From the human T2T-CHM13v2.0 reference genome, Homo sapiens, in the NCBI GenBank assembly GCA_009914755.4, contig CP068257.2:26784001-26848000 (forward strand): a stretch of 64,000 nt of DNA. The letters run 5' to 3'. Position numbers and translations under genes: made by a program. The notes beneath the pieces were generated by a model. It was not told the origin of the DNA and ran no database searches. It saw only the letters and a list, made by a program, of their open reading frames with translations. Shown here one piece after another: positions 28,427 to 40,856 of this stretch. Position 1 is the first letter of the stretch. Each line of letters begins with the position of its first letter.

Positions 28427-28607
28427 GGTGGTTCTCAACATTTGTAACAATTTAGAATCACCCAGGAAACATAAAAAAAGAGAAGATTCCTAGGCTTCCA
28501 TCCTCAGAACAATTATATTACACTTTCTGGGAGGTTAGACTCGGGCATCAGTATTCTTTAAAAGCTCCTCAAGTCATGATAATATGCAGCCAAGGTAGAG
28601 AACTACA
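28427..28607. mobile_element. MER5-like hAT-Charlie non-autonomous DNA transposon (MITE)
   Basis: Termini 'ggtggttctcaaca...' and '...ccaaggtagagaactacag' are inverted copies of each other. The interior 'tcacccaggaaac...ctttctgggaggttagactcgggcatcagtattctttaaaagctcctcaagtcatgataatatgcagccaagg' parallels the remembered MER5A consensus (CAGTGGTTCTCAAAGTGTGG...ATCACCTGGGAAC...AAACTCTGGGGGTGGGGCCCAGCAATCTGTGTTTTAACAAGCCCTCCAGGTGATTCTGATGCACGCTAAAGTTTGAGAACCACTG). Confidence 0.55.
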
Positions 28608-28714
28608 GGCCTCATCTATTTGCTTATGAGATGGTAGCGGAGTGATAGAAGGAAATTCTCCTATGAGATGAGAATTCAAACTCAAATTACACAGGATGAG
28701 ATGTGTTGTTTGGG

Positions 28715-28850
28715 GCAAATGAATCAAGCTCTCTGTGCTTCAGATTCTGTATCCTTAAAATGGAGGACAAATATCTTCTCTTAAAGACCAGATACTTCTC
28801 TGGGTTGTTTAAGGATCAATTATCATAGAACAGCTGGCAAGTGTTGAGAT
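28715..28850 (+). mobile_element. MIR SINE fragment
   Basis: 'ctctctgtgcttcagattctgtatccttaaaatggaggacaaatatc...gggttgtttaaggatcaattatcatagaacagctggcaagtg' resembles the MIR core (ctctctgtgcctcagtttcctcatctgtaaaatggggataataatagtacc...agggttgttgtgaggattaaatgagttaatacatgtaaagcgcttagaacagtgcctggcacatag). Confidence 0.5.
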
Positions 28851-29150
28851 TGCAACAAGCTGGAATTCCCTCTCACTCCTGAATGCTTCCTTTCTCCCTC
28901 TGCCATTGATCTGATATAAGCCTTTACCAACTAAGCGATTTATTCCCTTCATTTCACAAAATATTGCTTTCTCACGAAAAGAAAGTGGTGATTATTAATT
29001 TCTAGGGATACTAAAAATTAAGTATTTTTAAATTTATTCATTCCATAGTCAAGTTTTAATATATTTATTAAAAATAATCTAAAAATATGCATTATCTACC
29101 ATATCTCAGTAGAACACTTACTCTTAAAATAGTAATCCTCATGCAAAAAT

Positions 29151-29317
29151 GGTCTAGAAGGAGATAGACATTTAAAAATACAATGAATCACACAGGTACA
29201 ATAATAGAAAAAAAACATATGATAAAATGGATGAAAAGAGAAGAAAGTGTCAGGAAATGCTTTGAGCAGAAAAAAAACTCCAGTGCGATTACAGATCTTT
29301 CTTACTAAATCTGCTTG
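29151..29317 (+). repeat. Copy A of a ~170-bp dispersed low-copy repeat; partner at 30883-31052
   Basis: 'ggtctagaaggagatagacatttaaaaatacaatgaatcacacaggtacaataatagaaaaaaaacatatgataaaatggatgaaaagagaagaaagtgtcaggaaatgctttgagcagaaaaaaaactccagtgcgattacagatctttcttactaaatctgcttg'. Confidence 0.7.
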
Positions 29318-29689
29318 CTAACCAAGCTTATTCTTTCATATAAAGGACCATTTAAGAAATCAGTACATTGTAATTTCTAATCTTCTAAATGACTGTTTGC
29401 CAAATTCACATCAATTTGACAAAAAAATCAATGAGAGTGTCAAATATTGTAAAGAACATCTAAAATTATCAGAAAGACAGCATAATAAAGAAAACTATTT
29501 AAACTAGTTAAGGGTGAACACTGCGGACATTTATACATGAGCTATCTTTGCTGGACATAAACGGCATCTGAGAATAATCTAAACCGCGGTCACTATGTCT
29601 TTTGTATACGTCTTACCACAGAGCTCTGCCATTGGCACAGCCACCATCTTACACTATTTCTTTCAGTCAGGGTTGGATTTAGGAGATGA

Positions 29690-30050
<361 letters not shown>

Positions 30051-30882
30051 AGGAACTGTTAATAGCACACCATGTGCCATGTAGACTACAATTTCACTAT
30101 CAGTTCCCATTACTGAGTGCAGATGCTACATGCCCATGGGACCATTTCTGGTGAACTTTTTGATCATTGAATGGAGGGATCCAGTTTGTTCTTCTCATAG
30201 AGCCAAGAAGGTCTTTCCAGTGCTGCAACATCCTCATTTGTTAGGAGACATGAGGGTGAAGAGGTCGTTGGGCAAGGGCTTGATGCTGACCGCTAATATT
30301 TGCCATGTTAGCTCCCTCCTCTCCTTCATGAGCTATGTGAATTTTAAGCGATCAACCAGTATCTGTGGCCCTGAAAAGATCAGATGTGATCATTATTCTA
30401 CTCAACTACCAAAGTTAATTTTGTATCAATCAAAATAAGCAAAACCAATTGAGCTTTTTAGAAGATTTCAAAAATTACATATCTGGTACTCATTCATTTA
30501 TGTCGTTCATGTTTCTAGTTATTTATTCATTCATGACCTAGCCATTAAATAAATAATTATAAAGTCTCTATTATAAACCACATAATGTTTGAGGTACTGG
30601 AGATGAAAAGATAAATAAGACAGCATCCGTGCCTCAAGTTCTTTACAGTCTAGAACAGGATTTCTCAACTTCACCATTATTGACACTGGGGGCCAGGCAA
30701 TTCTTTGTTACAGAACTTTTCCTGTGCATTGTAGAACATTTAACATCACCCCTGGCCTCTTCCCACTAGATGCCAGTAGCACCCCCTCACCACCTTCTCC
30801 CCAGGGTTGTGACAAGGGAAATGTCTCCAGACATTGCCCAGATGTCCATGGGGGACAGAATCACTTTCAGATGAGGACTGCT

Positions 30883-31052
30883 GGTCTAGAAGGAAGAGAC
30901 AGACATTACAAAATACAATGAACGACAGGCACAATAATAGAAAAACACAGATGATAAAACATAGGAAAAGAGAGGGAAGTGCCAGGAAATGCTTTGAGTA
31001 GAAAAAGGCTCAAGAGTGTGATTATAGACCTTCTTTCTGACTAAATATGCTT
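30883..31052 (+). repeat. Copy B of the ~170-bp dispersed repeat, about 80% identical to 29151-29317
   Basis: 'ggtctagaaggaagagacagacattacaaaatacaatgaacgacaggcacaataatagaaaaacacagatgataaaacataggaaaagagagggaagtgccaggaaatgctttgagtagaaaaaggctcaagagtgtgattatagaccttctttctgactaaatatgcttg'. It is colinear with copy A along its whole length. Confidence 0.7.
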
Positions 31053-33480
31053 GTTATTTCTACTGTGACAAGACTACCCCAGGCTGGGGTGAGAGGCATC
31101 ATGTGAGGCCATCTCTTCCCAGAATCCCAAATGGGATCTTCTCATTTGATTTCTTACCCTTCACACCCTCCCCTGGATTGAAAGGGATAACACTCAACTG
31201 TGTTTCCCTCCTGGATGAAACTACTCTAATGCAATATCTTCTCTTTCTCTGGATCACAGTAAGCCTGCAGGTCCTTGCAGATTATTGCAAGCATGATTGA
31301 GCAGAAGGAAGGTTGAAGTAATGCTCTTGAGTGTCCCTCTGCTTCAGTGTGGCAGGAGAGGGGCTTAGAAGTCCCCGTGTGCCATGCAGAGGTTTCCAAA
31401 GGCAGGGAAATTAAGAGCCAGTGAGATTGCAGTGGGGGCTTCTATAGCAAGTGGCCGAGGTTTGATGGGGTCTACAGTGCCTAAAAGAGCCAGATGACAT
31501 CAAGGCAGCAAGAAAGACCACTGTGGAGGCTCTTGCAGTGAGAAAAAAGGAGTAGAGAGGAAATCTGAATGACTGGACATAAACCTAAAGTAAATCTAAC
31601 TATACAAAAATATAGGGAAAAACCAAAATACCATTAAAAGCATGTTAGAATTCTTTATTAGAGTAGGCATCATTCAGGAAGATTCTATCAGTTACAGAAA
31701 AGGAATCATCTCCATATTCTTTGTCCATCTGTATTTTGACGTGATGACTTTCTATTTTGCTACTCAATAACTTCAATATTAGAAATACAACTTTCTGCAG
31801 GAGCACATAGCACAGTGGTTTAAACAGGTCTTGGCACTCAGGGAAGACTGGAATGAAAACATATAATTTTGAACAGAGATTGGAGCATGAACAGAAAGTA
31901 GCCTGCTGAAGGTAGAGAGGACAAAAGAGAGAGGAAGGATATTCCAATAAAGGGGACAGATGCAAGGAGCTCCAGATGTGGGGAAGAATTAGGTGAGTTT
32001 GAGAACTGGCATATACACATGCAGTGTTTCTAAGGTAAAGAGAAACGTAATAGCCAATATTTATTCAGGATGTATTATATTCCAGGCACTATGCTACATG
32101 CTTTACAAAACTAATCTTGATTAAGGTTCATAACAATTAAGTAGGTAGTTGTAGCCCCTCTTCCTCATTTAGTTATTGTTACCTTCATCATCATATTTTG
32201 TATTTTGGGAAATGGATAGACACAAGGAATGAAAGAACAGATTCACAAGAACCATTTAAGAAGCTATTGCTGCAGAGTAGGAAGAACTGAAGTTCCAGAC
32301 TATGCCATCAGTGATTGGAATAAAAAAGAATGAATGGATTCATGAGTCATTTCAAAGGTAGAACTGAAAGAGGTTGGATGCAACCAACTTATTTTTAAAG
32401 TTCAAGAGAATTGTTGAATACGAGGCCAAAGCTTTAACTATGGAAAACAAGTAGCAAAGTCCTGCCCCGAGATGGGTCAACAGAAGGTGGAAAGTGGGGT
32501 TTGGGAGGCATGCAAAGATATAGAAAAGATAAGCTGTAAAATGGGGAGCCAAGATTTGCACTGCTCAGTTTGAGGTAGAACAGGTAGCTGGAAAAGGAGA
32601 ATGGGAGCTTTGCAGGGAGAGATGGCCAAGGACGTAAGTTTAGATGACTTTTACTTTGAGGTAAAAGTTGGAGTCCTAGGAGTGATTAAAATGGTAAAAA
32701 GAGAAGGAGGCAAATTAAATCAAGTACTGATAGTTGTGGATCAAAAAGGATCCATACCGTTCATCTGTAAGTCCAATCTATCTTGCTTTCTGCTCAAACA
32801 TTAACAATGCCAAGAGCCCTGGAATCTAAAGTACATATTGCTTTTCTGATTTTTTGCTCCAAAGAGATCAAGAAGAGCAACCACTATCTGAGAACTGCTC
32901 CTTTTCCAAGGCCTTTCCTGATAGAAACATTTCTAAGCCCTGTGCTCTCTATGGACCCTTCAGAGATCCATAGGCTCATGTCATTCTATGATCATACCCA
33001 CGGACCTGATTCTCTTAACTATTTATCAGACTAAATGTCAGATCAGGTGGGGACTTGAGATGTGGGTGTTTTAATGTTGTTGAGGTAAATAAAATAGTGA
33101 CCTCCCACTGAAGGGCACTGGGCCTTACAGCTTGGTATCGTTAAATGTGTTCAGTCTGATTTGTTGAAATGTTCCATCCCTGCTTTGTCATAAAAGAAGA
33201 AATTATATATTTAAAGGAATACAGCAAATGTTTAAAACATGTTGCCTTTTCTTCACCATCTGTCTTTTATTTATTAAATTCTGTCCACTTAAAATTATCC
33301 TCTCCCCAAACTGCAACTGTCAAAATCCCATCTTTCAACCTCTCATATCATCTCATCTCAAAACCCCATTAGAAAATTGTTCCCATTCTTCTTAAAGGGA
33401 ATGAGTTGTCAATCACTCTATGCCCTGGGCATTTATATCTGCTAAAGCCTTTGCTGTGTTCTCCTATATTTTAGGGATGA

Positions 33481-33541
33481 GTGCATGTGTTTGTGCTTTT
33501 GTGTGTGTTTGTGTGTGTGTGTGTGTGTGCATGTGTGTGTA
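33481..33541. repeat. (TG)n microsatellite with adjacent short direct repeats ('tgattggagtt' x2)
   Basis: 'gtgcatgtgtttgtgcttttgtgtgtgtttgtgtgtgtgtgtgtgtgtgcatgtgtgtgtatacatgtgattggagtttgtgattggagttgctgaatgaagttgctga'. Confidence 0.9.
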
Positions 33542-36500
33542 TACATGTGATTGGAGTTTGTGATTGGAGTTGCTGAATGAAGTTGCTGAAAGAGACATAT
33601 GGCCATGTAAGTAATAACAAGCAGAAGGGCTCTATGAAAACACAAGGCAGAAATCATTCACCATTTCATGTTGAAAATAACACTTTCAGCAGAAAAATCC
33701 TCATTTGAAAATAGCAACGGTATAATTAGCCTTCAACTTTACTTCCTTATTAGTGATGCAGTTCTCCATTCCACACAATGCAACACATTGTAATAAATGG
33801 ATGTTCATATAATGGATTGGAAGAGCATAGAATCCAAACATCTGGATTCTTCCACACATGGCGCATTAGCTGTTTCTGCAAAAGCCAATAGGAATTCCAT
33901 GTTGATGCAATTAAATGTGACTGGAATAATACATGCTTCTCACATTTTTAGTTATACATATGTATATGTTTGGCATACAATTCATTATAGTCACAGAAAT
34001 TTTAAAAAAAGAAAAGCTTTCTACAGCCATGTCTGTTAACAATTATTGTGCTACTTCCTGGAAGCAGGGAAAAAGTGAGTAGTCCTGGGCTGCTGGCCAC
34101 TTCACCACATTGCCATAGTGAGAGAATGCCTAGTCCATAAATAAATTTAGTCCAGTATTAGGACTTCAAGCCTGCTCTTTATGATGGCAAAAATATGCTT
34201 CAATTTGAAATTACCCAGAATTGAGTAAAACGAGGGATTTTATCCAACATTTCTTAATTTGCAAGAACACAAAATAGGTGAATACTTGTAATTCTTTCTC
34301 TCGTCACTCTCATTCTAAACAGGCTTGCAAATGGTGTGGCCTACACTGAGTCAGAATGAGAACACAGCTCATTAGTTTCACAGCACTGGGAGAGCCAGCC
34401 TGGAATAAAATCCAATAGCAAGGGAATCGAGGAAGAAGCTGATTTTCACGCTTTCACTTTCATTCTCTCATTTCCAATTTTGCCCTTTATATGCTAAAGA
34501 TACAGTAATCTATGCCCAAGTTGGAATGAGATTTCCTTCTTACGTTTCTGTGCACATGAGAGCCTCAGAAAGGGAGGGCATCCTCTCATTGCTCTTTTAT
34601 AACTTTTACAAAGGGAGAAGATTCACTTAACCTTCCTTTATTTGATTATCTATTATAGAAAAATATTGAGTTACATAATCTCTATATTGTCTATTACCCG
34701 AAATCTCTCACTTTCATTCCAAACTAAGTAAATACGAAGCAAAAAAGTGGTATGCCGTTACTAATTTAGGTTGCCCAAACTGTCCCACAGGGAAACAAAT
34801 AAGTATGTTGTCATTGATCAGATTTTCTGCATACAGACACTGAGATCTGTGCACAGGAGGTTTCTCAGCATGTCTTCTCAGGAATATTGCTTGTAAGGGA
34901 GTGAAGAAGTAAGACTTTTCCAAAGGAAAAGTTGAAATGTAGTAGAGTTCAATCAAAGGCTCCAGCCCATCCCACAGAGAGTCTGTAGAACTCTGAATCT
35001 GTGGTGACCCTCTAAAGATGTCCCAAACTGAGACAAAGGGGGCCAGGTGTTTATATCCCCAACAGACTAGACACTGGACACTTGAGGGAGTGTTCTTCCA
35101 TCAAGGGCAATTTCTACAGGGGAACACAGCTAGGATCCAACAGCAGCCAACATATTCAGGGTTGGAGAACGAGCACCTTGACTCTGAAGGCATTAATCTG
35201 GGTGACACACAATAGTATCCACTACAGTTCACTCTAATATACGATGCTTGGTTCTACTTGATTCTTGTAAATAAGCTCTCTCAATCTAGAAACATCCTCT
35301 TTGGGATCCTAGTTGGTCTCATTTTCGAATGCAATTTGTTAGAGGAATTTTGGTCCTCTCCACTAGGGCTAGTCTCAGGGCTGCAAATGATACTCAACAG
35401 TGCCCACCTTTACTCCCCATTCTATATTCCATACATTCTCAGCTTGCACCTCTTTTGGTCTAGGTTGTCTACCTGTTGGGGGGACCCAAATACTCATCTT
35501 TGAGGGGTCTGAGGTCTTAGCCACCATGCAATTCTTGGGTCACAGTTGCAAAATTTTTGTTTATTACCATCCTATCACAACAGGGAAGGGGAGTACTAAG
35601 CAACACACTAGTAGGTCAGTGGTGCCAAACATGTTCCTCCCTGCCCCAAGTGTGGTACAGCTACCTTTTCTACCCCTAATATTTGGGGTCAACTACCCTG
35701 CCACGATGTAGTCATTTCTTCCTACTCATCCTTTGATATAAGGAGCCTGACCAGACAGCAGTAATAGCTTAAAGCTCAACAGGACTTTCCTTGTCTCCCC
35801 TGGTGAAAGCATTTCCTTTTGAGAATAAGTACTTCTAGATCCACAAAACCTAAATTTTTTTAAAAAAAAGGAAGCTAAAACTCCCCCAAGTGTGCTATGG
35901 GTGTGGTCGTAAGCTGGGCCACTCCACCCTTTAGCTTCTAGACACCTACTGGGAAAATAACATCAGTTTACAGTTATTGATTTAGGGTACTTAACACCTC
36001 CTGGTGTATGCAACCTTGCAGACTATCAACACCAAGTTGGCCTATCATTTGTACCATAAAAAAGATCTGTTTCATCCTTCTTTCAGGTTGGCATCTTCTG
36101 GCTAGCAAAATATATCCATTCCAATTGTACATTTGGAGACACAGAGAAATGACCACTATCTAAATCTGGGGAATCAGTGGATCCACTGGGAGCCTGTCCT
36201 GAGCTAGCACTCCATTTATTACTTGCTCTCATATATGCCCATTCTAACAGTGGCATATGATTGTGCTTCAGTTCCTGAGTATCAAGGTCAGCTCAGACCT
36301 TATGTCCAATTATCCTCAAAATGCCTGCACATTCCTCTTTCCCCAGTATATATTACCCAAGTAATTTTCATATGCTCCTTTGGTCAAGGACCTGTGAAAT
36401 TACTACCACATAAACTTGTCATGTTGCAATGTCCTTCTTTCTGAGGACCACCATCTCTTCAGTGAGAGACAACACAAATACATTGACATATATTATTTGA

Positions 36501-38210
36501 CTTATGTCTTCCAAAGGGAGTATTTCTAGAGAGGATAAAGATCACCCCTATATACGTTGTCTAATTTTAATGTATAATAATTTCCATGCCTTCCACAAAT
36601 AAAATAGAATACAGGGAAATACTTCTTAAATGACAGATGGCAATAATAAAATAAATCAAGTGTATCATTTGTACTGAGAATAAGAGTAAAATTATATATC
36701 TATACACTATAATTAGCTCTACCTATATATCTACGTACTTATGTAAAGCATTTCCTGACAGTAAGATGTGCAACTGGTGTTTTAGTGAACATGAGAGAAA
36801 AATATTTTTCTAACCTGGTGCAAGGGTAACATCAGTATAACGACTTTCACTTTGTGGCATCCAAAACTCTCTCGTCTTAAGCAGTTGCCACGTGTCCATA
36901 TGGCAAGGGCACTACTACACATACTTTTCACACGATGTTTCTGGAGAGTCCCTGGGAGACAATAGTCCATGGGTCTCTCAAATTTCTATATGTTCAACCT
37001 TTCATTCCACATTATTTCTTTTCAAAAATATTTATGTGATGAGAAGCCTTAAAAGAGAGAGATAATGTCTTGCTCTGGAACAAAGAATTTATGGCCTCCT
37101 ACTACATGGAGATGATGACTCCCTCCAAATTAAAAAGCATGCTTGCTTACTCTCCAGAGTAGTAAAGATAACGTCTCCTGCCAGAGAAAAGGGCAGGCAT
37201 CTTATTTCTCATTATAAAAGATGTGAGTTCCCTAAGTTCAGAATTCCTTGACTGTAATACAACCCACTAAGCATACAAGTATCACCTGAAAATGTTTGCA
37301 TCTTCCTGTGGGAATTGAGACTGAGGAACCAGCACAAAAATGTTAATACTCTGGCTACTGCTATTGCTGCAAATAATAAACTGCCTTTGTTTCTGACCCC
37401 AAAGTCTTGCATCTTCTGTCAGCATCCAGGTATCCACGGCAGGCTGATTTTTACATTTGCAAACAGGGTAAAAAAATCTCACATCCTTCACAGTTCTAGA
37501 CACTTATGTATGTTGTTATGCAAAGATATACTTTAAACAGCAGCAGGAGTGTTATAAACACCATTCTAGGAAATACTATGCAAATAAAGTTATAATCATC
37601 CATATTCATGTGTTCTAGCCAGAAAAGAGAAGTAGTAAGTCATGAAGACATTATCTTTCCCAAATTACATAACTATTTTGTGATGGAACCAGGAGCTAAA
37701 ATGCTGCTTGGGTAACTTCACTATAATAGGCTCTATTGGTAGAGTACTTCTTATCTCTATATTTTAGAGGAAAATCTTACGGTGTTTTGTATGAGGAACT
37801 CAGAGTGAGGACTTTTATATACATTTTGTTTCCCAGTTTCTAGACCTAAAAAGAGAATCAGCATTGTTTTATTCCTATAGGAATAGCAATTCTGTATTCT
37901 ACATTTACACTACAATTTATTATCAAACTTCTCTGACATATGGATCTAACTTATTGTCTTAGCCTGTGTTCCTCAAAGAAGACTCTGAGATAAAGGTTTG
38001 CATACCAGGAGTTTATATACAAGTGGGATTCCAGAGAGCTAAAGGGAAGTCCAGGAACAGTGAATCCATGAAAGAGGAAAAGCCAGTACAAGGCTGCATT
38101 ATCAAAATGGCCAACTGCTACAACAGATTGTGCCCAAACCCGCAGGACCATCTGATGAGTCTTACAAAATACATCTTAGAACTAGGAGAAAGCATTGATC
38201 AATGGACTTT

Positions 38211-38323
38211 CACCCACCCTATTCCATCAGCTCTCACCCACTATTGCATCAGCTCTCACCCCCTATTGCATCAGCTCTCACCCCCTATTGCATCAGCTGT
38301 CACCCCCTACTGCATCAGATCTC
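38211..38323. repeat. 22-bp minisatellite, about 5 units, consensus 'caccccctattgcatcagctct'
   Basis: 'cacccaccctattccatcagctct|cacccactattgcatcagctct|caccccctattgcatcagctct|caccccctattgcatcagctgt|caccccctactgcatcagatct'. It lies inside the longest track ORF (37966..38496), where it reads as repeated HYCISSHPLLHQLS-type peptides. Confidence 0.9.
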
Positions 38324-38744
38324 CTGCATTTCCAGGTTACACATGCGTGAGAACCAAGTGGGTTCCCACAGCAACTGCTGAGAATCCCCATGGCAGGAAG
38401 CAAAAGAGAGATGTCAGGTCTTATCTCTACATAGCTGGTGAAAGCCCAGTATACCCAGGCAGGATCTGCAATAATAGATGGGGCTGCCAGAATTAAGAAT
38501 GAGATCCAAGAGTTAACTAAAACTAGCCTCCTTGGCACACATTTTCTGGTGGTAAAGACAGTAGCTTCTCTATTACTGATTAAAAACCAGACACTTTTAG
38601 TCTTCAACCAGACTTCTCACCCACTGAAGAAATTCTATTATTCTGATTTTTCACAGTATCCATTTCTTAAATCAGAGAGGCTATATAACATGAGAGTAGA
38701 AAAGACAGACTCTGGAGGTAGACTTCTGTAGAGAGAAGCTCTGA

Positions 38745-38915
38745 TGTAATTTGAGCAAGTTACATAACCTCTTGATGCTTCTGTCTGCTCATCCATAACA
38801 AGAAAAATAATAATCATATATGTGACAAAAATTGTTTATAAGGATTAACTATATTAATACTTACAAAGTGTTTAGAAAAGTGTCCAGCACACAGAGTCCA
38901 TGAATATTCAGTACT
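38745..38915 (+). mobile_element. MIR SINE fragment
   Basis: 'tgagcaagttacataacctcttgatgcttctgtctgctcatccataacaag...ttataaggattaactatattaatacttacaaagtgtttagaaaagtgtccagcacacagagtccatgaatattcag' parallels MIR (cttgggcaagttacttaacctctctgtgcctcagtttcctcatctgtaaaatgg...gtgaggattaaatgagttaatacatgtaaagcgcttagaacagtgcctggcacatagtaagcgctcaataaatg). Confidence 0.6.
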
Positions 38916-39234
38916 ACATTATTTGAACTTCAACATCGATATTTCTCAGCCTAAAGTTAATGAATGACACTTTCAGTAAAATGTATTATTTATTTGCTTG
39001 TAATGGGATCTAAAATGGTGGATGGAGTCTATTGAATTTGAGCACTATATGTTTCCAATTGGTTCATAACTTTATAAAAATGGAATGAAAAGAGCATTCT
39101 CAAATATAAACTTACTGAGGGTGCAAGTCTGCCTTATTCATCTCTAAATTCCCTAGACCCAGTGAGGTCCCATTTTCTCCATGCTTACCTCTACAGCCTC
39201 ATCCTTTGCAACACATATTTCCAGGTTTCAAGGT

Positions 39235-39570
39235 TCATATGGTTTGGCTGTGTCCCCATCCAAATCTCATCTTGAATTTAGCACCCACAATTCTGTGTCA
39301 TGGGAGGGACCCAGTGGGAAGTAACTGAATCATAGGGGCAGGTTTTTCCTGTGCTGTCCTCATGATAGTGAATAAGAGTAAGCTTTCCTGCACAAGTTCT
39401 CTCTTGCCTGCCACCATGTAAGATGTCCCTTTGCTCTTCCTTCATTTTCCGCCAAGATTGTGAGGCCTCCCCAGCCATGTGGAACTGTGAAGTCCATTAA
39501 ACATTTTTACTTTACAAATTACCCAGTCTCAGGTATGTCTTTATCAGCAGTATGAGAGCAAACTAATAGA
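39235..39570 (+). mobile_element. THE1-type MaLR solo LTR
   Basis: 'catatggtttggctgtgtccccatccaaatctcatcttgaatttagcacccacaattctgtgtcatgggagggacccagtgggaagtaactgaatcataggggcaggtttttcctgtgctgtcctcatgatagtgaataagag...ctgccaccatgtaagatgtccctttgctc...ccatgtggaactgtgaagtccattaaacatt...acaaattacccagtctcaggtatgtctttatcagcagtatgagagcaaactaataga'. Confidence 0.8.
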
Positions 39571-40741
39571 AAGATGTTCCTGGCTCATGTTGGCTTTGCA
39601 GCTCCTTGATCACACCATGATCTCTCCTGCTTCATGACTCTCACAAGTTATTCCTTTTGTCTTCAGCAATACTACTTCCGTTATTTGACTAATAATTGTC
39701 AGTCTTCAGGGCTCAGATTCTCCTTCTAATGGTAAGCCTTCCTGGATTCCCCAAGTCCGAGCAATGTTTCCTTCCTATGTGCACCCAAGGTGCCCATTAT
39801 TTCCTTGTCATAGTACTTACTCTCCAGTACTGTTATTATCTGTCCTCATCTGTTTTTCTCACTAGATTTAATTGTGCAATGATTGTGTCATTTTCATCAT
39901 TTAGCACTGTGACTGGCACAAAGTGAACCCTTAATAAATATTAGTGGAATCATCAAATGAAAGAATGAATGAACACATACATAAATATGTGATCAAAGGA
40001 GGGTATAGAAGGCACCAGCTAATTGAGTTACATGCACACACACACTCACAAAAATGACAGCTGACAGCATTCACTTGGTTTTCTCATTTTTGTCCTCCAC
40101 TCTACTCACACATGGCTAGAGCCCTCCTCCTGGAATGTGATAGCAACATGTAATAGTGGCCCCTTCTCTGGACTGGTGCCTGACCATGTAGGGGTCTCAC
40201 CGGGTTTCCAGCTTTGACTGAGGGTCAGGAGCAGAGTCCAACTCATTCTCCCTCCTAACAAGCAGAATTATATCACTCCTTGTGATTGATCCTTTTTTAA
40301 TCTGACCCCAACTGCTGTCTTCATACTTCTTACGTAAGATCACCACCACTGTGTGGTGCATGGGAGACAAGAGTACGGAGTCAAATCCAAGGATACAAAC
40401 TTGATCGGTGCATTGAGTGGAGCCTCACTTCAGTATCACCAAAGACAAAGTCATTCACTCCTCATCGACAGAGTCAACCCCCTTAATTATTTCAGCAGTC
40501 ATTTCTCACTAGAATGTGATTATAACCCCAAGCAGTTCCTCATTATGCATGAACACAGTGGTAATGTTTTAAAGTGAACACAAACATTTTTAGGGTCTCT
40601 ATCTTCTTTCTCAGTGCCCTGCTCCTCAGTGCCCCAGCCTTCCCCCTGGAGCTTCTTTCCCCAGAAGACTGTCTTTACCAGCCCCTGTGGCTCTCCAGAT
40701 GACTCCCAAATCCACCAAGATGAGGGTATAAATCTCAAGAC

Positions 40742-40856
40742 AGTGTTTTCAAAAGTGGGATTTTTGCATCTCCAAAATCTGCAACAACTCAACGCGGTGA
40801 ACCAGATTGTCTTGGGGTGGGGCCCCCGAATGTCATTTTACATGCCCCAAGTGATA
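40742..40856 (-). mobile_element. MER5-like hAT MITE fragment, antisense
   Basis: 'cagtgttttcaaaagtgggatttttgcatctccaaaatctgcaacaactcaacgcggtgaaccagattgtcttggggtggggcccccgaatgtcattttacatgccccaagtgat' parallels the reverse complement of MER5A (cagtggttctcaaactttag...cagaatcacctggagggcttgttaaaacacagattgctgggccccaccccc...gtaggtctggggtggggcccgagaatctgcatttctaacaagttcccaggtgat). Confidence 0.45.

Noticed and set aside
38211-38323. CRISPR-like array (regular short direct repeats)
   Set aside because: The units are contiguous with no spacers, which makes this a minisatellite. The genome is eukaryotic, and no cas-like ORFs exist. The same applies to the 21-bp x3 repeat at 60394-60456.
37966-38496. 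Longest ORF in the track (176 aa, + strand) as a candidate protein-coding gene
   Set aside because: Its central third is the 22-bp minisatellite read in frame, giving repetitive HYCISSHPLLHQLS-type peptides. There is no Kozak, splice or CpG-island context. The rest is chance ORF in AT-rich DNA. The overlapping minus-strand ORF 38293..38607 is explained the same way.
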